Assembly (NCBI GenBank): GCA_030704615.1
Contig: JAKLZA010000151.1
Coordinates: 1-7,656, forward strand
Length of the DNA: 7,656 bases
From: Takakia lepidozioides
Taxonomy: Eukaryota; Plantae; Bryophyta
Direction: 5' to 3'
The notes below the pieces were generated by a model. The model made no database searches. It saw nothing but the letters and a program-made list of their open reading frames with translations, and was not told where the DNA came from. Both the position numbers and the translations under genes were made by a program. Below are positions 1 through 7,656 of the stretch, one piece after another (position 1 is the first letter of the stretch; every line of letters starts with the position of its first letter).

Positions 1-693
1 TTTTCCACCCTATCATTAGGCAAGGACATTCGTAGGTGGAGCAAGAGTCAGTCAGGGTTGGGCTGGGGTGTCCTTGCAGGAGCAACACCGTGGAGTGTTT
101 TGCGTGTGGGGGGAGTTGTCGATCTGATTCTGTGTTTGGATCCCCTCCATAACTGCATGCTTGACTGTGCGCCATGCTAGTTTTGGGTGGCGCTTGTGTT
201 TATAGGTGATTGGTCCGGATTGATCACCGGCCAAGTTCCTAGAGGCATGCTGCTGCTTGTTGTCGATGGTGAGGCTGGGGTTGATGACCAGCCAGACCAT
301 CATTGTTTCTCCTGTGGTGAGGTGGAGGTGAGACCAGCCAACCATAGGAGTGCTTGCGGTGGATGCAGGTACAGGTGTAGGCTATGTTCGGAACTTAGTA
401 TTCCAAACCATAAGCCGCCAACAGGTTCTCTACCCCCCCGGTTACCTTGTGGAGAGGGGGTTAGGGACATTGTTCATGACCGGTGAGTGTCAACACGGAG
501 GTGCCACTAGTTGCTGGGGGACAGTGCCGGTTCGAGCACTAGCGATACTAGTGGGTACACGAGACGAGGTGTACGGTTTAGGCCACCTTCACCTCCTGTG
601 TCTTCCACGGAAGGTTCTGATTCGGATTTGATGAATCAGGAGGACTCATCCGGCGGTTGCAAGTTGTTTCTTTTGCCATTGTTGTGGGACACA
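1..693 (+). other. Probable non-coding 5' region (end of 5' LTR and/or untranslated leader) rich in stem-loops
   Basis: No recognisable protein motifs in the short ORFs. It lies upstream of Gag-like sequence. Hairpins read by eye at 205-228, 265-301, 309-350, 425-468 and 501-558. LTR end not defined. Confidence 0.6.
267..345 (+). repeat. Imperfect direct repeat, 2 copies of ~31-34 bp, each part of a hairpin
   Basis: 267-300 tggtgaggctggggttgatgaccagccagaccat versus 315-345 tggtgagg-tggaggtga-gaccagcca-accat. Confidence 0.8.
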
Positions 694-1940
694 ATGGAGG
701 AGATGTATGGAGCTACCAAGGGGCCACGAAGGTACTCTGGGGCGGTGGGCACCATCGAGTGGATGATTTTATCCAAGAGTTTGATAGTTGGTGTGATTTG
801 CAGCAAATGCGCAATCCACAACTATTTACGCCTTTCATGGCATGGAAGGGGCTTTCAGCACCTTGAGAGGGCCGCCTATGGATGATTACCATGAGTTCAG
901 GCGGGGGCATGAGGTTGAGATCGAGGAGTGGAGGAGTGTACTGGTCACCCGACTATGTCTCCATCACTAGGGGCACTAGAGCCACGAGGGCAGTGGCTAC
1001 ACCTGCCGCTGCACCGGCAGCTTCAGCAAGCGCAGTGGGACTGGTGGTACAGTAGCTACGCGACGTCCACCCAAGCCACTACCGCACCAGCACTAGCACT
1101 GCCTGCCTTCAACCCTGTGTGGAGTTCTTCGAAGAGTTGAGAGGGAACTACCAAGGGGTGAGGACAGAGAAGTTGCGGAGCTTGCAAGAGTTCCAACGGA
1201 AGCCGACGAGAGAGCTTGAGGGAGGCTTTCACTCGCATGAGGCGCTTGATAAATGTAACCCAAGGGGTTACGGAAGCTCAGGCAGTCCAATTCTGGTATG
1301 GGATATTGGACAAGGAGCTGAGGAGAAGGGTGCGGGATGCAACTCTCCTACAAGCGGCCCAACCCACCTTAGCAAATGTGTTTTTGCTGGCAGAGCGGAT
1401 AGAGCTCAACATGGTGGAGGAACGAGTGGTCATGGTGGGATTGCTAAGGAGACACCACGGGGTAGTGGTGCTCCTAGCCAACCACCACCTCAACGTGCTC
1501 AAGGCAACAAGGGGGGCTCAGGTGAAGCTCAGGGAAGGGCAGAGAGGACCTCAGATGCAGGGGTCTCTCCCTTCATTTGCTGGCCAACAACGAGCGGATG
1601 TGGTGTGCTGGACATGTGGAGGACCCCATGTCAAGAAGGATTGTCCAGAGGGAGGCAAAGGGCCGGCACATGCACAGCCTGCACAGTTACAGTGTGGGCA
1701 TTGTGGCAAACACGGGCATGGAGAGGCTCAGTGTTATGGTTTGCATCCTGAGTTGCGCCCAGGCCAGTTCCAAGGGAACAATGGTGGCCGGGGGTGAGGT
1801 GGAGCAGCCCAGAGGGGACAAGGTGGCCAGCCACGAGGTGCAGGCCAAGGGCAAGCTCAACGTGGCCAAGGACGCGGAGGTCAGGGTGTTGACCAAGGCA
1901 TGGCCAACGGCTTCAGCAGCTAGAGCAGAGGCTCGCTGCC
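694..1940 (+). pseudogene. gag: Gag (capsid-like region, nucleocapsid and G/Q/R-rich tail), frameshifted in this sequence; start approximate
   Basis: Stitched across frames: MEEMYGATKGPRRYSG / HRVDDFIQEFDSWCDLQQMRNPQLFTPFMAWKGL / PPMDDYHEF / FNPV-EFFEELRGNYQGVRTEKLRSLQEFQRKP / LREAFTRMRRLINVTQGVTEAQAVQFWYGILDKELRRRVRD, then two zinc knuckles. ATG 694 is in an acaATGG context. In-frame TGA at 1795-1797. Confidence 0.8.
1606..1734 (+). other. Two nucleocapsid zinc knuckles
   Basis: CWTCGGPHVKKDC (CX2CX3HX4C, 1606-1644) and CGHCGKHGHGEAQC (CX2CX4HX4C, 1693-1734) in ORF 1216..1797. Confidence 0.92.
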
Positions 1941-2670
1941 ATGGCTACAGCTCAGGTGGTACCGGCTCTAAGGCCGGATGGTCCACCTCCTGCTCCTGAG
2001 GGAGGAGATATGGGAGGCATGGGATTCATGTGTGGAGCAGCACTACCACTAGTGCAGGTGGAGTCTGCTGCAGCCGTGACTCGAGGAGCAGCACGAGTTC
2101 CTGAGCCACGAGGTGCAGAGGTGGAGTTGGATCCACAGCGTGGGGAGGCAAGCCGTCAGGCTAGGCTTCCTCAGTCATTCACATTGGCGGAGACAGTGTC
2201 GACGCCATCCATGGCACCTAGTTCTCGCCCGACTGTTACCGAGGCGGAGGTTACTATGCCATTGGGGAGAGCTACACGGGTAGCACCACTACCTAGTGTT
2301 GCCAAGGCTACGGCAGCTAGTGTGCTGCTAGGAGCGGCCACATCTGTGTGCCAGGCTCCATTGTTCTCGGCTACCATGATTGCGACGCCGGGGGGTAAGA
2401 CCAGCTGAGGTGTTCAGGCTGGCAGCTACACTCTGTGAGAGTGGGGAGGTTACTTCATCTTCTGCGGAGATAGTAGGAGGTGTAGTGCCGGAGGGATCCT
2501 CGGATTTGAGGGTCAAGACTGCCACGGCGGCGCCATGGCAAGCTGCAGCTGCCAGGTTGATGGAGCTGCCAGCTAGGCCAGCCATTGAGCGCGCCATGGT
2601 GACACCTGGAGTTGTCATGTTAGACAACCAGGATGGCATTTTCTGTTTGAGTGGACCGGCAGGCAAGAGG

Positions 2671-3000
2671 TACCGGCCACTGCGGGTCTTGTTGGACTCG
2701 GGAGCTCAGCCATTGATGCTGGGCAGAGCTGCTATTGCAGGCTTGGGCCTCACGGAGGCGGATATGGAGCCTTGTCCTTTCCAGATACAGACGTCTTTGG
2801 GAGGATCGGAGCAGGCTCGGGGCATGACACGGCGTGAGTTGGCTATCAGACTACGGCGGATCACCCTACAGATGGCTCAGTGATGCGAGCCAAGGCCATT
2901 GTGACAGACGCAGTCTCATACGATGTCCTGGTTGGTGGGGCAGTGTTGTACCCCATGGGCTTCACCCTGGATTTTTGGGAGGAGTCAGCTTCCTATAGGC
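2671..3000 (+). CDS. Retropepsin-type aspartic protease domain (one frameshift near 2855); boundaries approximate
   Basis: RVLLDSGAQPLML (DSG at 2695-2703) and flap-like IQTSLGG. After a frame change: KAIVTDAVSYDVLVGGAVLYPMGFTLDFW (YDVLVG 2919-2936, the C-terminal hydrophobic-hydrophobic-Gly motif). Confidence 0.9.
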
Positions 3001-3401
3001 CTGCATGGCAGTCAGGGGAGGGCCGGCGTGTGTGCAGCTCCCTGTGACGTTCATAGGAGGAGTTGCGGTTGCCCAGCGAGGCAAGATGCCGACACTAGCA
3101 GCATTCACAGCGGCAGTGAGTTGGCCTAGAGAGTTGCTTGAGGGCAATGCTTCATTCAGAGGATGTACCACCTCCGGGAGAGCAGGATGACATGTATGGT
3201 ATGGCGGAGTTGCCTACCATGGTTGCTCAGACTCCATTGTGGGGCACGAGCAAGGATTTGCAGCGGGATGCTGATCGACGGGTGCAACAAGCCTGGGTAG
3301 AGGCTTTTGTACCGTCAGGAGAGGAGGAGAGTGTGGGGATTGCACCAGGACCACCTCAATTGTCTCCATTGGACACCACACCTATTGTGTGGCAGTATCC
3401 G

Positions 3402-4377
3402 GATGAAGGCATTTGTCTTCTGGACTTGTTTGGCGGGATCAGCACCGGATTGGCTGCTGTGTTACAGGCAGGTGTACGAGTTCGGCGTTACCTGTATGTG
3501 GAGAGGGATGAGACTGCACGACGCGTTTCACTTCGCCATGTTGCTCAGTTGGTGCAGCGGTACCCTGAGTTGTTGTCGGTGTCTGCAATTCGTGGATATC
3601 AGCAGGCCTTGCCAGCAGACATTTCGTTGCTGGGGGCGCAGGATTGGAGCGGGTTGGCTCCATTGATCTGGTAGTGGCAGGTTGGCCCTGCCAAGGGCAT
3701 TCATCAGCCGGGCATGGCAATGGATTGCGAGACTCGAGGTCGGGTCTGTTTTGGGAGATGGTGCGGGTTTTGCGCCACTTGCAGCTTCATCAAGCTGTAT
3801 CTCCAGCATACATCTTGGAGAATGTGCCACTGATGGGCGATTCTCGGGCCAGGGTGATGGCGAGTGTGCATCAAGTCCGGTCGTGGCTTGGGTCAGCAGT
3901 GTTGCTAGATGCAGCTACAGTGGGGTCACGGGCTCATCGTCCACGGCTATGGTGGACTAACATGATGCCACCCGCACTGCTCAAGCGTGCATTTGATGGG
4001 GTGCAGCGGCCAGCACATCTCACAGTGGATAACATTCTGGACACAGGGAGGCAGTCTCAACGTGTGAGACACGATGACCGTTCGCCTTTGGCAGTGGTCA
4101 ACAAGGTGGGTCAACCACGAGCAGCATTACCTACACTGCTCAGCTTCCCAGGATCGCATGCTTTCCGGGATAGTGGACCTGGCCTCCTGTGGGATGCTCA
4201 GTTGCAGCAGTTAGTGGAGCCTAATGCTGACGAGCGTGAGCGGGCAATGGTTTTACCACTGGTACCACGGCGGTGTCGTCTCTTTCTGAGGCATCACGTC
4301 GTCAAGTGTTGGGGCAAGCAATGGATCTCAATTGCTTGACCTGGATTATCAGCTTGGCTCTAGCTGAGCAACGCAGA
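3402..4377 (+). CDS. C5-cytosine DNA methyltransferase domain (DNMT3-like) within the polyprotein; split by two 1-nt frameshifts (~3644, ~4249)
   Basis: Motif I LDLFGGISTG (from 3420), II YVERD (E 3501), III DI (3618), IV DLVVAGWPCQG (catalytic PC 3686-3691), VI YILENV (ENV 3818-3826), VIII RAHRPRLWWTN (3929-3961), IX ERERAM-GF (4232-4254), X RRQVLGQAMD (LGQAMD 4309-4326). All in canonical order. Confidence 0.95.
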
Positions 4378-4653
4378 GTGCGGAATACACTTCCCTCAAT
4401 GGTCTCTCTGCCTACCGAGACGGTACAGGCAGTGAGTGGGGGCGAGCATATGAGGACCACGGGGTGCATGCATCCATGGCACACGTGGGAGGTGCTCGAG
4501 GTTCAGAGGGAGTTGGCAGCCAAGGCGGCTGTGATGGATGAGGTTGGGGATTCTTCTCGAGTTGAGGAGGTCCTCAAGGATGAGATGATGGGGCAGGATG
4601 ATGCCTTGTCATTGACTGAGCAGGTAGGGAGTACTGCTCAAGAGGTTGCAGCA

Positions 4654-4662
4654 TAGCAACCA
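4654..4662 (+). promoter_or_regulatory. Candidate stop-codon readthrough signal UAG-CAA-CCA (UAG-CARYYA) between DNMT and RT
   Basis: gca TAG CAA CCA. The same frame is open from DNMT motif X to the TAG and from 4657 into RT (ORF 4816). Confidence 0.5.
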
Positions 4663-4815
4663 CGGGACGCGTCCTCTACCTCTAAGCCCACTGGACTTAA
4701 GGTTGTAGTTACGGAGGACAATTGGGAGCCTGACATTGGACCCATTGTCACCGGAGGAGAGAGACGACGTATACGGCGGTTCCTGAGGGCTTACAGGAAT
4801 TGCTTTGCCTTCAGT

Positions 4816-5677
4816 TTGAAGGACTTGGGAGCACTGAAGGGTCAAGAGATCCGTATTGAGTTGGCCACTGACACGCCAATCTTTCGGAGACCCTATAGAT
4901 ACAGTGACATGGAGAGGTCTTTGATTCAGATGAGGACTCAAGATCTCTGGGAGGCAGGTTTGGTGGAGCTCTCTGGTGGAGAGTATGCTTCAGCCACAGT
5001 GATGCCAGCCAAGAAGGATGTCTATGGCAATTGGACGGAGAGACGTATGTGCGGTGATTACCGGCCTGTAAATCGTCAGACCAAGTCCGATAAGTATGCC
5101 ATGCCAACACCAGAGGAGATCTTTGATGCCATCGGGCATGCTAAGGCCTTTAGCACTTTGGATTTACGATCCGGATATCACCAGTTGCCAATCAAGGAGG
5201 CGGACAAGCAGAAGACGGCATTCTGGGGGATCAATGAGCACGGCAAGGATTGCCTATATCAGTGGCGGTTCTTACCATTTGGGCTTAAGAATGCTCCTGC
5301 AGAGTTTCAGAGAGTCATGGATAGGATTCTAGCAGGGGTGGACTTTGCTCGGTGCTACATAGATGACATCATCATCTTTAGTGTTACGATGGAGGAGCAT
5401 GAGAGACACCTTCAGGTGGTATTGGAGCGCTTGAGAGCGCACGGATTGAAGTTGCATCCGGGAAGTGCAAGTTTTTCCACAACCAGATTGAGTATCTGGG
5501 TCACATGATATATCCTGGAGGATTGGGGGTACAGCAGACTAAGGTAGAGGCCATTGCACAAATTCCACGCCCCACGGATGTGAGCCGAGTTCGAGCTTTC
5601 ATGGGGTTGGCAAACTATTATAGACGGTTTGTCAAGGGATTTAGTACCATTGCAAAGGCTCTAACAAGCTGACCAAG
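4816..5677 (+). CDS. pol: Reverse transcriptase (Ty3/Gypsy type); frameshifts at ~5461 and ~5663
   Basis: PIFRRPYRYS, RMCGDYRPVN, FSTLDLRSGYHQ (D 5161), KTAF, LPFGLKNAPAEFQR (5272), YIDD (5356-5367). In the next frame: KCKFFHNQIEYLGH...VRAFMGLANYYRRFVKGFSTIAK. Confidence 0.98.
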
Positions 5678-5785
5678 GTGGACCAGGAGTGGCAGTGGGA
5701 AGATGAGCAGGAACGAGCTTTTCAAGAGCTCAAGGCGAGGTTGACCTCGGCGCCTATCTTGAGACGACCTATCAGGGGGCGTCCC

Positions 5786-6145
5786 TTTCAGCTGCATACG
5801 GATTGGAGCATGCTGGGGCTTGGAGCGGTGCTCACACAGGTGGATGATGAGGGAAGAGAGTTCGTAGTGGCTTATGCTAGCCGCTCGAACAACGCTGCAG
5901 AGGCTAAGTACAGCTCATATGAGGGAGAGTGCTTAGCTGCAGTGTGGGCCGTGGCACACTTCAGGTGCTATCTATACGGCAATCTTTTCACCCTTGTCAC
6001 GGATCACCAGCCACTCAAGTGGTTGATGGAGTCAGACAAGCTTACAGGGAAGCTTGCACGGTGGGCACTTATACTCCAGGAGTATGACTTTCAGGTTGTG
6101 CATCGACCGGGTTTGGTCAATCGGGATGCGGATGGATTGAGTCGC
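5786..6145 (+). CDS. pol: RNase H (Ty3/Gypsy type)
   Basis: FQLHTDWSMLGLGAVL (D 5801), YSSYEGECLA (E 5927), VTDHQPL (D 6002), ARWALILQEYDF, ADGLSR (D 6131). Confidence 0.97.
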
Positions 6146-6547
6146 AATCCATGCATGAGCCAGCAGGATGACACTGGAGCTCGGTGGCATGGTGAGACGG
6201 ACGAGGAGATGGTGCCGGGATGGCACGCATCTGCATTTTTGTGTATCTTGGCATCGGGAGGTCAGATTGGACCTACAACAGGGATGACTGTAGACGGAGT
6301 GTCTGAGGACCCTGAGGCTAGTGATGAGCTAGGTGGTGCCAGAGATATACATGAGGATTCGGCTGTGTTGGACTACCTCCGCACGGGAGACACGGCAGCC
6401 ATTGTGACTGCCAGGGAGAGGGATCGGATCCTGCAACGAGCCAAGAGGTTCAAGTGGGAGGGGATACACCTACTTCGAGTGTGGGAGGGTGGTCGGGTGA
6501 GGATTGTGCCTCACCCCACACAGCGTGCACGGTTAGTGCGGCATGCC

Positions 6548-7198
6548 CATGAGGAGTTGGGGCATTTTGGAGTGCGACGCACTCACAGTTTACTGCAGGG
6601 GCAGTATTGGTGGCGTGGTATGCATACAGAGGTGCAACAGTTTGTGGCTAGGTGCATGGTGTGTGACAGGGTGCGTGCTTCATTCAACGCCCCTACACCA
6701 CAGTTGCATCCTTTACCTATCATGGGATTGGGCTACAGATGGAGTCTTGACTTCGCAAGACCGTTGCCACTGACTATGCGCCACCACAGATATGTGTTGG
6801 TGATGGTGGAGCACTTCTCCAAGTGGATTGAGTTGGTTCCATTGCCTGACAAGGCTAGTGAGGGGGCTGCGTATGCATTCTTGGATCGTGTGCTTAGCCG
6901 ATTTGGTGCTCCAGCTGAGGTACTCACGGACCAAGGGAGAGAGTTCTTGGGGGAGTTTCAGGCTTTGTGTGATAAAGCCTTGATAGACCACCGCACCACT
7001 TCTCGGGATCATCCTGAGGCCGATGGCTTAGCAGAGAGAGTTGTTCAGACGGTGAAGAGGGGTTTGCGCAAGTATGGCTTGCAGAAAGGACACCTAGGAG
7101 ATTGGGATCTTCAGGTTCCTTGGTTAGCCATGGGCTACAGGTTCAGCAAACAAGCATCACTTGCCTCCTTCTCACCATATTTCCTTCTCTTTGGCCGG
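6548..7198 (+). CDS. pol: Integrase zinc-binding and catalytic core
   Basis: HEELGH (6548, 6563)...CMVC (6653-6664); SLDF (D 6749), TDQG (D 6929), GLAER (E 7034); SPYFLLFGR. Confidence 0.97.
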
Positions 7199-7656
7199 AG
7201 CCGGATTTGCCTGCAGCCATTCGTAGGGACACTGCTCAAGTCCTTAACCTTGACGATCCGGACGTGTGGGTACGTGCATGTGATCAGCGTGCAGAGTTGT
7301 TCAAGAAAGTCATGCCCATGGCTTTTGAGAACCTTGCCATTGCACAGCACCGTGATACGTTGAGGTATGCCACTATACGTGGTGGAGGATATCGTCCTGG
7401 GGTTCGGAGGTTTAGCCCTGGTGACTATGTTTATTTGCAGCAGACTGCTCCTACGACTCTGGATGTTACTGCAGGGCGTGTTATTCTGAGGGTTCGAGAG
7501 GTGTTGCCCTCAGGGGTCCTGATCTTGGAGGGTCGGGATGGCATGACTTGGAAAGACCATGTGCGTAATTGTGCGCCATGTCACCTTCCCAATGTCGATG
7601 GCAGAGTTGACCCAAACTTGGCAGTGGTACCTGCAGGTTTGAGGTGCATGCTCTGT
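7198..7656 (+). CDS. Integrase C-terminal region (SH3-like module) then a CxxC at the window edge; not in the ORF track and open to the end
   Basis: The frame from 7198 has no stop: EPDLPAAIRRDTAQVLNLDDPDVWVRACDQRAELFKKVMPMAFENLAIAQHRDTLRYATIRGGGYRPGVRRFSPGDYVYLQQTAPTTLDVTAGRVILRVREVLPSGVLILEGRDGMTWKDHVRNCAPCHLPNVDGRVDPNLAVVPAGLRCMLC. FxxGDxVYL is typical of Gypsy integrase tails. Confidence 0.88.

Larger units (their letters stand above)
1..7656 (+). mobile_element. Ty3/Gypsy LTR retrotransposon internal region carrying a C5 DNA methyltransferase (Gag-PR-DNMT-RT-RH-IN); both ends probably outside the window
   Basis: Collinear + strand domains in Gypsy order (RT-RH-IN): CCHC knuckles 1606-1734, DSG 2695-2703, PCQ 3686-3694, YIDD 5356-5367, RNase H D 5801, integrase HHCC 6548-6664 and D/D/E 6749/6929/7034. 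Confidence 0.97.

Noticed and set aside
188-196. TGGCGCTTG as a possible tRNA primer-binding site
   Set aside because: It is not preceded by an LTR-terminal CA and the match is too short.
451-460. GGAGAGGGGG as a polypurine tract
   Set aside because: It lies 5' of gag rather than after integrase, is not followed by TG, and is better explained as a hairpin arm.
224-486. TCACCGG (224-230) complementary to CCGGTGA (480-486) as long-range or self-priming pairing
   Set aside because: It is only 7 perfect bp and competes with the local 205-228 hairpin, so it is indistinguishable from chance.
523-540. GGTTCGA in a small hairpin resembling a tRNA T-arm or Pol III B-box
   Set aside because: The loop geometry is wrong, the B-box match is incomplete, and there is no cloverleaf or A-box.
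3640-4255. Programmed ribosomal frameshifts within the DNMT
   Set aside because: The shifts fall inside a conserved domain, lack X XXY YYZ slippery heptamers, and match the single-base-loss pattern seen throughout the window.
3402-5508. Prokaryotic restriction-modification or retron-like system (MTase plus RT)
   Set aside because: The RT, RNase H, integrase, protease and Gag are all Ty3/Gypsy type. There is no nuclease or bacterial operon structure.
52-7350. Minus-strand ORFs and alternative-frame plus-strand ORFs (60-140 aa)
   Set aside because: They have no recognisable motifs and are expected shadows of a GC-rich coding strand.

Overview
The window is the internal region of one + strand Ty3/Gypsy-type LTR retrotransposon. 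It contains a structured 5' leader (~1-693), Gag with two CCHC knuckles, aspartic protease, a complete C5-cytosine DNA methyltransferase domain (motifs I-X, DNMT3-like), RT, RNase H, integrase, an SH3-like integrase tail and a final CxxC cut off by the window end (possibly a PHD finger). Many small indels break the frame. The clearest are single-base losses in short homopolymers, so they may be sequencing errors rather than decay. Main points of interest: (1) the methyltransferase embedded between PR and RT; (2) an in-frame UAG followed by CAA-CCA (a CARYYA readthrough context) between the DNMT and RT, suggesting Gag-PR-DNMT may be made in excess and RT-RH-IN by readthrough; (3) several leader hairpins, one with a palindromic loop. 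No LTR boundary, PBS or PPT could be assigned. A non-seed plant or green alga host is my inference only.
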